From: Candidatus Woesearchaeota archaeon
Lineage (GTDB): Archaea; Nanobdellota; Nanobdellia; Pacearchaeales; UBA284
DNA length: 55,918 nucleotides
Assembly: GCA_964599615.1 (NCBI GenBank)
Contig: CAZRGF010000006.1
Span: 1-55,918 of the forward strand
Direction of reading: 5' to 3'
Both the position numbers and the translations under genes were made by a program. Every line of letters starts with the position of its first letter. The stretch's first letter is position 1. The notes under the pieces were generated by a model. It was given only the letters and a program-made list of their open reading frames with translations, was not told the DNA's origin and did no database searches. Below, piece by piece: positions 29,541 to 39,208 of the stretch.

Positions 29541-30182
29541 ATGAATGAGAAAAAACTTCAAGCAATAATGAGGGCTGCAAAAAGCCAGGGTTTAAACAGG
29601 CAAGGGGTATTAGATAGAATGCAAGAGACCTACTTTGCATGTGCAGCAGTGGGCAACCTAGCAGATATGGGCAGATTAGAAAATCTTTCTGGAATTGATG
29701 TAAGTCAAGAAACTCTTCAGAAAGTAGGTAATCTTTATATGTCTTTAGGATCAAATGGTCTTCCTATTTTGAAAGAATTCATTGAAAAAAGAAAAGATTA
29801 TGTGCCTGATAATAAGAGCCTTTATACCACTTTTATAGATTATCTTGAAAAAGAAAAATTTGGACCATTAAGAGAATTAGAGGTTATTGTAAAAACAACA
29901 GTCCCTCTTGAAATGATTATAGAAGTAGGTGCCCAGCACTTGAAAGCAGCGAAATATGAACAATTTAATAAATTGAGTCATGAAAGAAAAATACAAATGA
30001 AGGATATCCCTCTTTATCTTGTTCAAGATGCTTCATTGGCTTTAATTAAAGACGGACGATTGGAAGATGCTCAAAAACTTTTAGAGGATCGTGAAACAGA
30101 ACCATCAGATGAATTTTATTTGACTATGCTCCGTTATAAGCCCACGGGAGAGCTGGGTAAAGAAGAAATTAGTGCACATTAA
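29541..30182 (+). CDS. Hypothetical protein
   Basis: TATA-like box 28 nt before ATG 29541; helical, no recognised motif. Confidence 0.6.
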   Translation: MNEKKLQAIMRAAKSQGLNRQGVLDRMQETYFACAAVGNLADMGRLENLSGIDVSQETLQKVGNLYMSLGSNGLPILKEFIEKRKDYVPDNKSLYTTFIDYLEKEKFGPLRELEVIVKTTVPLEMIIEVGAQHLKAAKYEQFNKLSHERKIQMKDIPLYLVQDASLALIKDGRLEDAQKLLEDRETEPSDEFYLTMLRYKPTGELGKEEISAH

Positions 30183-30232
30183 GATTTATTTCTTTTTAAT
30201 TAACTTTAAAAATCCTTAATTCTAAGAAATTT

Positions 30233-30502
30233 ATGGGGCATTCAGAGATTGTGACATTTCAACTGGGAAAGCAGGGTTTCACTCAGGGAACCATAGAATT
30301 GCTAAAAAAAACATTTAAAAACCACGATTTGATTAAGATATCAGTTTTAAAATCATGTACTAGGGATAGAAACGAGATTAAAGCAATAAGTGAACGAATT
30401 TGCTCTGAACTCCAAAAATCAGAAGGCAGGGAATTCACTTCGAAGATAGTCGGCTTTACATTGAATATAAGGAAGTTAAAACGCATAAAAATTAATAAAT
30501 AG
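30233..30502 (+). CDS. YhbY/CRM domain RNA-binding protein
   Basis: FQLGKQG, HDLIKISVL, IVGFTL; precedes eS19 as in other archaea. Confidence 0.85.
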   Translation: MGHSEIVTFQLGKQGFTQGTIELLKKTFKNHDLIKISVLKSCTRDRNEIKAISERICSELQKSEGREFTSKIVGFTLNIRKLKRIKINK

Positions 30503-30529
30503 AGTTAATTTAAATAAAATAAGTAAAAG

Positions 30530-30573
30530 GTTTTGCATGAAAATGGGCGCATTTTCACAATGTTGTGCAAAAC
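30530..30573. repeat. Bulged-hairpin element, copy A
   Basis: GTTTTGCA-TGAAAATG-ggcg-CATTTTCA-caatgttg-TGCAAAAC. Confidence 0.8.
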
Positions 30574-30601
30574 AATTACACAAAAAGCACATATCAATAA
30601 A

Positions 30602-31039
30602 ATGGAAGAAAAAATAAAATACGGGTTGGTTCATGAGATTCCAAGCCAGAAATTCATCATTGCTTTGGCTGAAAAACTAAAAGCAATGGAAGAGTTTAAG
30701 ACGCCTGAATGGGCAGAATTTGTAAAAACAGGGAGATCTAAAGAAAGGGTCCCTGAAAATGATGATTGGTGGTATGTAAGAGCTGCTAGCATATTAAGGA
30801 CAGTTTATGTTCAAGGAGTAGTTGGGGTCTCAAGATTAAGGAGCAAGTATGGTTCAAGAAAAAATAGGGGGATGAGACCTGAAAAATTTTATAAATCTTC
30901 TGGAAAAATCATCAGAGTCATTCTGCAACAAGCTGGAAAAGCGGGTTTTGTAGAACATATTAAAGAAAAGAGAACAGGAAGAAGATTGACTAAAAAAGGA
31001 TTGAACTTTCTTGAAAGTTTAGCCAAGACTCTGAAGTAA
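30602..31039 (+). CDS. rps19e: 30S ribosomal protein eS19
   Basis: PEWAEFVKTG..KER.P..DWWYVRAASILR; ATG 30602 preferred over TTG 30533. Confidence 0.96.
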   Translation: MEEKIKYGLVHEIPSQKFIIALAEKLKAMEEFKTPEWAEFVKTGRSKERVPENDDWWYVRAASILRTVYVQGVVGVSRLRSKYGSRKNRGMRPEKFYKSSGKIIRVILQQAGKAGFVEHIKEKRTGRRLTKKGLNFLESLAKTLK

Positions 31040-31053
31040 ATATAGGAGTTAAA

Positions 31054-31317
31054 ATGGATGGCGAAGGGGAAGCTGAAAAACTTACAGAACAAATTTTGAG
31101 TCTAGAGCGAGTAGCTAAGACCATGATGACCAGAGAAGCTATTTCTAGATATGGTAATCTCAAGATGGCACATACTGAAACTGCAATCAAAGCAATAGCT
31201 ATGATTGCCCAGGCTGTTCAAACAGGACAAGTCAAAGAGCAACTTACAGACGAGCAATTCAAGGAGCTTTTAAGGGAAATACAGAATAATAAAAAACAAT
31301 TTACTTTCAGGAAATAA
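31054..31317 (+). CDS. PDCD5-family DNA-binding protein
   Basis: MTREAISRYGNLKMAH..LTDEQFKELL; conserved position after rps19e. Confidence 0.85.
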   Translation: MDGEGEAEKLTEQILSLERVAKTMMTREAISRYGNLKMAHTETAIKAIAMIAQAVQTGQVKEQLTDEQFKELLREIQNNKKQFTFRK

Positions 31318-31318
31318 A

Positions 31319-31678
31319 ATGCCATTAGCAAAGCTTTATGAAAAAACAGACATAACCTGGATTTTTGACGAACATGTTGATGGTTCAAAAGTTAATTCAG
31401 CTTATGATTTTCTAGCTACAATGGTAAGAGAACATTCTGAAGGAATTGAGATAAATAATTTAGTTGACGCATTTTCAAGGGTAGGTGTGTTAGGAACCAA
31501 ACAAGCTAGTTATGTTCTAGACCGGATTTATGCCAAAAATCTTACAGAAAAAAAATTAGAGTTCTGCGCTTTAGAAAAAAGTGTTCGAGGAAAGTATAAT
31601 GGCATAGTTTATGTTTCTCCTGGCAAAAAAAGGACTTTTTACAATAAAATCCAAAATCCAGAAGCTTTAAAAGGGTAA
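31319..31678 (+). CDS. Hypothetical protein
   Basis: 119-aa ORF tightly packed in the operon. Confidence 0.55.
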   Translation: MPLAKLYEKTDITWIFDEHVDGSKVNSAYDFLATMVREHSEGIEINNLVDAFSRVGVLGTKQASYVLDRIYAKNLTEKKLEFCALEKSVRGKYNGIVYVSPGKKRTFYNKIQNPEALKG

Positions 31679-31694
31679 AAATCAAGAAAATACT

Positions 31695-31967
31695 ATGGCA
31701 CGCTATAAAACACAAGTAAAGAAATTGAGATTAGGAAAACAAGGGAAAAGGACAAAGTGGGCACCATTTTGGGTTATTCCCAAAGCTTGTGGAAAAGGCA
31801 AGAGAGTACATCCTTCTTATTTAACTAGAGTCAAGAGATCTTGGAGAAGAACAAGAATCAAAACTAAACTTAAGACAAAGGCAATGAGAAGACCAAATAT
31901 TGAGTTCAAGCCAGGAAAAATAAAAAAGAAATATAATCAAAGACCTAAAAACCAAGGGCATAAATAA
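31695..31967 (+). CDS. rpl39e: 50S ribosomal protein eL39 with C-terminal extension
   Basis: MARYK..KKLRL..P.WVI.K..RSWRRT; lies upstream of eL31. Confidence 0.85.
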   Translation: MARYKTQVKKLRLGKQGKRTKWAPFWVIPKACGKGKRVHPSYLTRVKRSWRRTRIKTKLKTKAMRRPNIEFKPGKIKKKYNQRPKNQGHK

Positions 31968-32009
31968 AGTTAGAGGTAAAATAATACCCCTAATCCATAA
32001 ACAAAATGC

Positions 32010-32048
32010 GCAAGACAACGTTGTGTTGATTGAAATCAACAGTCTTGC
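32010..32048. repeat. Bulged-hairpin element, copy B (inverted relative to A)
   Basis: GCAAGAC-aacgttg-TGTTGAT-tgaa-ATCAACA-GTCTTGC. Confidence 0.8.
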
Positions 32049-32116
32049 AAGATAATTAAAACACATAAAGATATAACACATAAAAACTCACTAAAAATTG
32101 AAAACTCAAGATAAAC

Positions 32117-32746
32117 ATGGCAGAGAAAAAAGAAAAAACAAAAATAGAGAAGAAAACAAAGTCTGAAAGAATTGAAAGGATTTATACTATTCCATTAAGA
32201 AAAGAATGGCTTAAGGCTCCGAAGTACAAAAGAGCTAAAAAGACAATCAGGGCAATAAAAGAATTTCTTGTAAAACACATGAAGATTTATGACCGAGATC
32301 TAGACAAGATAAAAGTTGATCCCTGGATTAACCGAGCTATTTGGAGCAGAGGAATAAAAAATGTTCCACATAAGATAATTGTCAAGGCAGTCAAAGAAGA
32401 TGATGAAGTGAGAACAGAATTAATCGGCTTGCCAAGGAATTTCAAATCAGAAGATGAATTTTTCAAGAAGAAGATAGAAAAAGAAAAGAAAAAAGAGATG
32501 GAAAACAAGAAGAAAGCTGAAGAAAAGAAAAGAGCCTTAGAAAAATTAGCAGAAGAGAAGAAGAAAGCTGAAGCAAAAAAAGAAGAAGAAAAAGGCATTG
32601 AAGAAAAACTTGATGACCAAAAGAAAAAAGAAGAAGAAAAAGAACTTCATAGTGAAAAAGAAGTGAAACATGAATATCAGCATGTGGGGCACGAAGTTAA
32701 AGGACAAGTTAAGGCTGCTGTACATAAGACAAACACTAAGAAGTAA
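32117..32746 (+). CDS. rpl31e: 50S ribosomal protein eL31 with Lys/Glu-rich extension
   Basis: ERIYTIPLR..KRAKK.I..IKEF..KHMK..IWSRG. Confidence 0.95.
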   Translation: MAEKKEKTKIEKKTKSERIERIYTIPLRKEWLKAPKYKRAKKTIRAIKEFLVKHMKIYDRDLDKIKVDPWINRAIWSRGIKNVPHKIIVKAVKEDDEVRTELIGLPRNFKSEDEFFKKKIEKEKKKEMENKKKAEEKKRALEKLAEEKKKAEAKKEEEKGIEEKLDDQKKKEEEKELHSEKEVKHEYQHVGHEVKGQVKAAVHKTNTKK

Positions 32747-32783
32747 TTCTTAAAATTTATAAGCTTGGTTTTTATTTATTATC

Positions 32784-33500
32784 ATGGAAACTTTGTCTAC
32801 CTTAAAGCAAGATTTGAATAAACTGAAAAATTCTGAAAGAGCAAAGCAATGCATGAGATATTTCAAGACAGCGAAAGGGGAATATGGGGAAGGAGATATT
32901 TTTATTGGATTAACTTCATCAGAGCAAAAAGAAATTGCAAAAAAATATCTTGATTTATGTTTTGGGGATATACAAAAACTACTGGATTCTGAAATTCATG
33001 AAGAAAGACAGATATCCTTAATTATATTAAGGAAAAATTTTGAAAAAACTAGGGATGAAAAAAAAAGAAAAAATATATTCAGTCTGTACCTAAAAAATGC
33101 CCATAAGGGCAATATAAATAACTGGGATTTGGTCGATTGTTCCACCCCCACCATTATAGGGGGTTTTTTGATTGATAAAGACAGAGAAATTCTCTATAAA
33201 CTTGCAAAATCCAAGAATTTGTGGGAAAAAAGAATCTCTGTGCTTGCTACATTTGCTTTTATCCGCGAGAATGATTTTAAAGATTCCTTAAAGATTGCAG
33301 AAATCCTCTTAAATGATAAACATGATTTGATTCACAAGGCTGTTGGCTGGATGTTAAGAGAAATCGGAAAAAGAAATCAGGATAAAGAAGAAAAATTCTT
33401 GAAAAAGCACTACAAGAAGATGCCGAGAACAATGTTGCGATATGCAATAGAACGTTTTGATGAAAAGAAGAGAAAAGATTACTTGAATTCTAAGATATAA
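32784..33500 (+). CDS. DNA alkylation repair protein (AlkD-like)
   Basis: YFKT..GEYGEGD, NNWDLVD, HKAVGWMLRE.GK, MPRTMLRYAIE. Confidence 0.92.
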   Translation: METLSTLKQDLNKLKNSERAKQCMRYFKTAKGEYGEGDIFIGLTSSEQKEIAKKYLDLCFGDIQKLLDSEIHEERQISLIILRKNFEKTRDEKKRKNIFSLYLKNAHKGNINNWDLVDCSTPTIIGGFLIDKDREILYKLAKSKNLWEKRISVLATFAFIRENDFKDSLKIAEILLNDKHDLIHKAVGWMLREIGKRNQDKEEKFLKKHYKKMPRTMLRYAIERFDEKKRKDYLNSKI

Positions 33501-33540
33501 AAACTTATAAAACTCTTTTTGTTAGTTTTTGGACTTAAAA

Positions 33541-34914
33541 ATGGCCATATACACAGTTTTTAGAGGTACGGGAAGTTGCATTCCAGACATAGTCTGGAAA
33601 AACACTGATTTCAAAGACGCTGTTTTTTACGGGCTAGATGGAAAAATTGTTGATAAATCAACTCAACAAATTATCGGTGATTTTAGAGACAAGACAAAAG
33701 TGGGAATAGAAGAGAGAAGGTATGCTCGGCCAGATCAAAGCGCTTCGGATCTCGGTTTCATTGCTGCAGAAAGAACTTTAGAGTCATCTGGCTTTGATAG
33801 AGATACCATAGGTTGCATTTCTGTGGCCCATAATTTCGAAAATACTTACACACTAGGGTCAAAACTAGATCTAGTTCCAAGTTTTGCTGCGAGAATAAAG
33901 AGAGAATTAGGAATAGATGTTCCTGGAATGATAGCTTATGATATTGTGACAAATTGGGAGGATTTGAGAAGAATAAAAGATGGCTATGGCATAGCATCTG
34001 GTGAAAAATCACTTGTAGTCGAACTTGACCAAACCCCGACAGATGGGAATCTTTCTGGAGTTTATGAGATGGCTAGAGAAAAGTTAGCTGACTTAGGGAT
34101 TGATAAAGAAGGTTTAGAAAAAATTGTGGTTGTGCATAAAGGCATTCCAAACATGGCTGGGAAACTGAAGACAAGATTAGGGCTCAGACCAGAAACAGTT
34201 GCTTATTCAATTATTTTTGGTTGTCCTGGGTGGCTTCAAGCGGTTATACAAACAGATCAATATTTCAAACTCGGAAAAGCTAAAAGAGCATTAGTTATAG
34301 GAGCAGAAACACTGTCAAGGGTTTCAGACCCGCATGATATGGATCGGATGATATATAGTGATGGTGGTGGAGGTTGGGGTGTTGAAGCTATTGAAAGCGA
34401 GCATCCTGTGGGGATAGTGTCCTATGCTGTGAGATCTGATGCTCTGGAATATGCTTATTTATTGAAAATGGGGAAATCTTATAATCCAAATTTTCAATGC
34501 GATGGATTGTTTCTGAAAATGGAGGGGCCTAAGCTTTTCAAATATGCTGCAAAAACTGTTCCACATGTTATTAAAGAAAGCCTTGACAAAGCTAGGATGA
34601 CAATAGACAATGTGAATATGGGTTTGTTTCATCAAGCTAATCAAAGATTAGACGAGGCTATGCTGCACGGGACTTATAGGCTGTATGGGAAAACACCAGA
34701 CCAAATTCCAAAAAATGTTATGCCTCTGACAATTCCATGGCTTGGAAACAATTCAGTTGTGACTTTGCCAATGGCAAGTGATTTGATTGCAAAAGGAACA
34801 GACACAAGATTAAAGGATTATTCTTTTAGAAAGGGAGATGTTATCTTGTTTGCTTCTGTCGGTGCTGGTATGAATAGCAATGCTGTGGTGTACATAGTTC
34901 CTCCAAAAGATTAA
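33541..34914 (+). CDS. 3-oxoacyl-ACP synthase III (FabH-like) with internal duplication
   Basis: GTGS..P, GIEERR, FGCPGW, FHQAN, GNNS, FASVGAGM. Confidence 0.88.
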   Translation: MAIYTVFRGTGSCIPDIVWKNTDFKDAVFYGLDGKIVDKSTQQIIGDFRDKTKVGIEERRYARPDQSASDLGFIAAERTLESSGFDRDTIGCISVAHNFENTYTLGSKLDLVPSFAARIKRELGIDVPGMIAYDIVTNWEDLRRIKDGYGIASGEKSLVVELDQTPTDGNLSGVYEMAREKLADLGIDKEGLEKIVVVHKGIPNMAGKLKTRLGLRPETVAYSIIFGCPGWLQAVIQTDQYFKLGKAKRALVIGAETLSRVSDPHDMDRMIYSDGGGGWGVEAIESEHPVGIVSYAVRSDALEYAYLLKMGKSYNPNFQCDGLFLKMEGPKLFKYAAKTVPHVIKESLDKARMTIDNVNMGLFHQANQRLDEAMLHGTYRLYGKTPDQIPKNVMPLTIPWLGNNSVVTLPMASDLIAKGTDTRLKDYSFRKGDVILFASVGAGMNSNAVVYIVPPKD

Positions 34915-34939
34915 ATACACATAAATTTCTCTTTTAAAC

Positions 34940-35707
34940 ATGGAAGGAGTATTAATTTTAAATAAACCTGCTGGAATAACAAGCCATGATGCTTGTGATA
35001 AAGTCAAGACTATCTTGAATATAAAGAAAGTAGGACATGCAGGAACACTAGACCCCATGGTCACAGGAGTTTTAGTGATTGCTTTGGAAAATTCTACTAA
35101 AGCATTAAGATTGTTTAATGGTTTGAATAAGACTTATCAAGGAATCGGGCATTTGCATGAAGATGTTCCTTTAGAAAAATTAAAACAAGTAATTCAAAAA
35201 AAATTCATGGGAAAAATAAAACAAACCCCGCCAAAAAGGTCAAGAGTCAAGAGAGAAGAAAGAGAAAGAGAGATATTTGAGTTTAATATTTTGAAAAAAG
35301 AAGGAAAAAACTTTGAATTTTTGGTTTCGTGCCAGGCAGGAACTTATATCAGAAAGCTTATAGACGACTTGGGAAAAGAAATGAATATAGGTGCTCACAT
35401 GGCTTCTTTGCACAGGACTATGCAAGGGCCTTTTTCTGATAAAGAATCTATTAAAGTAGAGGACTTGAAAGATGGGAAGAAATTAGAAAAATCATTGATT
35501 TCTTTAGAGCAAGCTGCCAAAAGATTAAACACTAAAATATTGGATGTTGATGATAAGGAAGAACAAGACCTTAAATTCGGAAAATCTTTGAAAAGGGACC
35601 TTTATCTAAAAGAAGGCGAGATTGGTGTTGCGATCAATTCAAAGAATCAAGTTGTTGCACTTATTAAAAGAGAAGATAATCTGATAAGGACTGAAAGATT
35701 CATCTAA
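34940..35707 (+). CDS. TruB/Cbf5 family pseudouridine synthase
   Basis: NKPAGITSH, GHAGTLDP, CQAGTYIRKL. Confidence 0.92.
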   Translation: MEGVLILNKPAGITSHDACDKVKTILNIKKVGHAGTLDPMVTGVLVIALENSTKALRLFNGLNKTYQGIGHLHEDVPLEKLKQVIQKKFMGKIKQTPPKRSRVKREEREREIFEFNILKKEGKNFEFLVSCQAGTYIRKLIDDLGKEMNIGAHMASLHRTMQGPFSDKESIKVEDLKDGKKLEKSLISLEQAAKRLNTKILDVDDKEEQDLKFGKSLKRDLYLKEGEIGVAINSKNQVVALIKREDNLIRTERFI

Positions 35708-35722
35708 TTAGAGGTTTTTAGC

Positions 35723-36340
35723 ATGTTAAAACAAAAAATTCAACAATTAGATTATTCTGTTAAAAAACAGATAGGCAAAAAAATCGAAGAGTTTAATCAC
35801 AAAAATCTTTCAAACAAAGAAAGATTCTTAGAATTATGTTTTTGTCTGTTAGTAGCTAATTGTTCTTTAGACAGGAGCTTGAAAAATTGGGAAAATAATA
35901 AAACCCTTTTTCTTGAGGGGAATCAAAGAGAATTATCCGAAAAATTAAAGAAATTAGGGCAGAGATTCCATAATAATAAAACTGCTTATATCATTGAAGC
36001 AAGAAAACATTTTGATGGATTGAACAATTATCTAAAAACTAAAGAAGAATTTGAATTAAGAGAATTTCTAGCAAGCCATATCAGGGGCTTGGGCATGAAA
36101 GAATCTTCTCATTTTCTAAGGAATCAAGGTTATAAGAATTTCGCAATTCTTGACAGACATGTTCTGAAGACTTTGAAAGAAAACAAGTTTATTGAAGAAA
36201 TCCCTAAAACCTTAACTAAAAAGAAATATCTTCAAATTGAAGATAAGCTTTCAGAACTTGCTAAATCTCTTAATACGACCCAGGCCCATCTTGATCTTTA
36301 TTTATTCTACTTAGATTCTGGAAGAATTTGTCAAAAATAA
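35723..36340 (+). CDS. ogg: 8-oxoguanine DNA glycosylase/AP lyase
   Basis: ELCFCLL, GLGMKESSHFLRN, AILDRHV. Confidence 0.9.
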   Translation: MLKQKIQQLDYSVKKQIGKKIEEFNHKNLSNKERFLELCFCLLVANCSLDRSLKNWENNKTLFLEGNQRELSEKLKKLGQRFHNNKTAYIIEARKHFDGLNNYLKTKEEFELREFLASHIRGLGMKESSHFLRNQGYKNFAILDRHVLKTLKENKFIEEIPKTLTKKKYLQIEDKLSELAKSLNTTQAHLDLYLFYLDSGRICQK

Positions 36341-36550
36341 TAGACATTCTGACAAATTTTTTATGACTTTGCTTTAGACTCTTAACTTCGTCATCTACAA
36401 GTTTAATAACCTAATCCTGATTTTTAATTGAATTTTCTTCGGGTTTTTGAAATTCTAAAAAGATTTTCTATAAAAACAATTCCTGCTATGGGTCATTACA
36501 CATGCAGATATAAGAACTTGGCGAATTAGTTTATTAATTATGTCAGAAAA

Positions 36551-36790
36551 TTAAGCACTTGTTTTTTTCGCTTCTCTCGCTTCTGCTTTATCTTCTTTCT
36601 TTTTTGCAAAAGCATCGTTTCTCTCTTTCTTCTCAATTTGTCTTGCCCATTTGATTTTCTTAGGGTCTCTTTTCATTCTGAAGTTTCTCCTGCATTTACT
36701 CGAACAGAAGTAGATTACACGACCATCACTGTACACAAAGATTATTCCCTGGCCTGGTTGTTGTGGCTTTGAGCAGAAAACACATTTCAT
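36551..36790 (-). CDS. rpl24e: 50S ribosomal protein eL24
   Basis: CVFC..PGQG..DG...FCSSKC..R.P.K.KW. Confidence 0.95.
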   Translation of the reverse strand: MKCVFCSKPQQPGQGIIFVYSDGRVIYFCSSKCRRNFRMKRDPKKIKWARQIEKKERNDAFAKKKEDKAEAREAKKTSA

Positions 36791-36791
36791 C

Positions 36792-37082
36792 TTAAGTGAA
36801 AGCTCCTTTCATTATCTTGGTCCTTATTCTTCTTGCTTCAATTTGGGTCTCTCTTAATATAAGAACATCTTTTAATTTTACAGGGCCTTTGACATTTCTT
36901 CTTATTGTCTTGCCTTGTTCAGTTCCACCAATTACTTTTGCCAGGACTTGAGTTAATTCTCCCCTGAATCCTGTTCTTCCTAGAATTTCTTCAACTTCTG
37001 CAGGGCATGGTTCTCTTGAAAATCTTTCTATTCTCTTTTCCTGTTTTTGATCTTGACCTTGTTGGCCTTGTTGTCTTGCCAT
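36792..37082 (-). CDS. rps28e: 30S ribosomal protein eS28
   Basis: AEV..ILGRTG..GELTQV..RRNVKGPV..D.L.L.E. Confidence 0.95.
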   Translation of the reverse strand: MARQQGQQGQDQKQEKRIERFSREPCPAEVEEILGRTGFRGELTQVLAKVIGGTEQGKTIRRNVKGPVKLKDVLILRETQIEARRIRTKIMKGAFT

Positions 37083-37115
37083 TTTATATTTTAAGATTTA
37101 ACTTGCATCAAAAAT

Positions 37116-37460
37116 TTACTTCTTTGCCCTTTCTTTTTTTCTTTCTGGATCGAGTTTTATTCCAAGTTCAGCAAAAGCTTTTATACCATCTCCTGGTTCA
37201 ATTACAGCTACTGCAGTGCAAGCAACGCCTATGCCTGCTGAAATGCCTAGCTTTTTTCTACTATCCACTGCCTGACATGCAATGCCTTTCTCTTGGCACA
37301 GTACTGGCAAATGTTGAACAATTTCTTTTGGAGAAACATCTTCTGCATAAACAACTAATTTAGCTGTTGCTCTTTCTATTGCCTTGGTTACTTCATTAAC
37401 GCCCTTATCAATCTTGCCTGTTTTTCTTGCAAGTTCTACTATTTCATATGGAGAAACCAT
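37116..37460 (-). CDS. rpl7ae: 50S ribosomal protein L7Ae (eL8)
   Basis: KGVNEVTKAIER, AEDVSP.EIV.HLP.LC; GGAGGT SD. Confidence 0.96.
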   Translation of the reverse strand: MVSPYEIVELARKTGKIDKGVNEVTKAIERATAKLVVYAEDVSPKEIVQHLPVLCQEKGIACQAVDSRKKLGISAGIGVACTAVAVIEPGDGIKAFAELGIKLDPERKKERAKK

Positions 37461-37673
37461 GTTTAACCTCCCTCATGTTTAATTTGGTCATTGGTTTTAT
37501 TATCTTATATTTGAATTTTATTTATGTATATGCTGAGAAAAATAGGTTTAAAAAGCTATCGCCCAAAAGAAGAGTTTTCTTTCAAGGAATATTATATAAA
37601 TAATGAAAATCTTTGATTTTTATAATGCAGAAAAAGGTCTTCTTTTTCTAGCATATGGGAGATTATTCAAAAG

Positions 37674-38231
37674 ATGGATTTAGATGAAAAAGAGTTAATT
37701 AAAATTGTTAAACCTTATTTAGAGGAATGTAGGCCCGGTGATTGGTATCATGCTTTAAATGTGGTTAAGTGGGTTAAGGTTTTAGGAAAGGGAAGAACAG
37801 ATTTAAAATTGTTGATTCCTGCAGCATATATACATGATATTGGTTGGTTTAAACTTACTTCAGATAAGCTTTTGAGTTTTGATGAGGGGGTACTTAAATT
37901 AGAATCAAAAGCTAATGAAAATACTGAGAAGAATGTCAAACTTGTTTTGAGAAAATTGAATTTTAGTGGTTTAGATATTGAGAATGTTATTAGATTAATC
38001 AAGGCAACTGAAAAGTATCATGCTGAAAGAGAAGACGAGGCAATTCTTGTTGACGCAGATAGTTTAAGCAAATTAGGCCCAGAGCATTTAACTAGGAAGT
38101 TTCAGAAAGCTGAGATTCCTAAGGTTCTGGCAAGCTTAGAAAAAGAAATGCCGGGCTGGATTTCAACAAAAAAAGCTAAAGAGCTTTATCCTAAAATGAT
38201 GGAGAGAATTAAAAAACAACTTCTAGGTTAA
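37674..38231 (+). CDS. HD domain protein
   Basis: H...V, AAYIHDIG, LVDADSL. Confidence 0.85.
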   Translation: MDLDEKELIKIVKPYLEECRPGDWYHALNVVKWVKVLGKGRTDLKLLIPAAYIHDIGWFKLTSDKLLSFDEGVLKLESKANENTEKNVKLVLRKLNFSGLDIENVIRLIKATEKYHAEREDEAILVDADSLSKLGPEHLTRKFQKAEIPKVLASLEKEMPGWISTKKAKELYPKMMERIKKQLLG

Positions 38232-39208
38232 TTTTTCCAGGTTACATTTACTTGGTCAGTTCTTTGATTAGGATTTATGTCTGCTAGATTGGGACTTATG
38301 TTTATGCCTGATTTGAACATTTTTTGTCCTAGATATGCAATCATCGCAGCATTATCTACAAGAAATTGTTTTTCAGGAACAAAGCATTTTGCTTTTCTTT
38401 CTTTGCACATAATTTGGGCCATTTCTTGGAGTCTTGAATTGCAAGCTACTCCTCCCCCTAATAAAAGCTCTTTCTTACCAAGATGGGCCATTGCTCTTTC
38501 AGCTACTTCCATTAGCATTGCAAAGCTGGTTTCTTGTAATGAAAATGAAAGGTCTTCAAGTTTGTACTTTTTTGAGTCTAACTTTTGTTTTAAATTAGTT
38601 AACAAACCTGCAAAAGCAACATCCATACCTTTGACAGAATAGGGGAGTTCAATTAAATTTGAAGATTTTGAAGCAAGTTGTTCTATACACTTGCCTCCTG
38701 GAAATCCCAGTCCAGAGTATCTTGCAAAAGTGTCTATGAAATTTCCTATGCCCATGTCAAGAGTTTCGCCAAAAATCCTGTACTTGCCTGCAGCATATGC
38801 AATCACTTGGGTGTTTGCCCCAGAACAATATAATAAAACAGGGTCTTTTGCTTTAGTGATTTCACCAATTTCAAGGTGCGCTATGCAATGGTTTACAGGA
38901 ACTAAGGGGAGGTTAATTTCTTTGGAAAGTTCTTTAGCAAATTTTAATCCTTGCAATAAACAAGGAGCTAATCCAGGGGCGTTTGAAACTGCTATCAAAT
39001 CAATGTCTTTAAGTGAAATTTTGGCTTCTTTGAGAGATTGTTTGAGTAGATTATCGCAAATCTTTTTATGATGTTTAGCTGCTTCAACGGGGATTATGCC
39101 TCCTTTTTCAGTGGTATACATATCTCTTAGATTGCATAAAAAAGTTTTGTCTTTTAAAATCGATATACCAAAAGTATGGGCAGTTGATTCTATGCCAAGT
39201 GTTATCAT
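38228..39208 (-). CDS. kae1: tRNA N6-adenosine threonylcarbamoyltransferase Kae1
   Basis: LGIESTAHT, VNHCIAHLE, SGANTQ, GETLD, DNAAMIA. Confidence 0.96.
   Translation of the reverse strand: MITLGIESTAHTFGISILKDKTFLCNLRDMYTTEKGGIIPVEAAKHHKKICDNLLKQSLKEAKISLKDIDLIAVSNAPGLAPCLLQGLKFAKELSKEINLPLVPVNHCIAHLEIGEITKAKDPVLLYCSGANTQVIAYAAGKYRIFGETLDMGIGNFIDTFARYSGLGFPGGKCIEQLASKSSNLIELPYSVKGMDVAFAGLLTNLKQKLDSKKYKLEDLSFSLQETSFAMLMEVAERAMAHLGKKELLLGGGVACNSRLQEMAQIMCKERKAKCFVPEKQFLVDNAAMIAYLGQKMFKSGINISPNLADINPNQRTDQVNVTWKN

Noticed and set aside
30533-30601. N-terminal extension of eS19 in the ORF track
   Set aside because: TTG start lies inside hairpin copy A; ATG 30602 fits better.
36341-36550. TTCTGACA/TGTCAGAA inverted ends as a possible MITE
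   Set aside because: Only 8 bp, no target duplication and no second copy seen.
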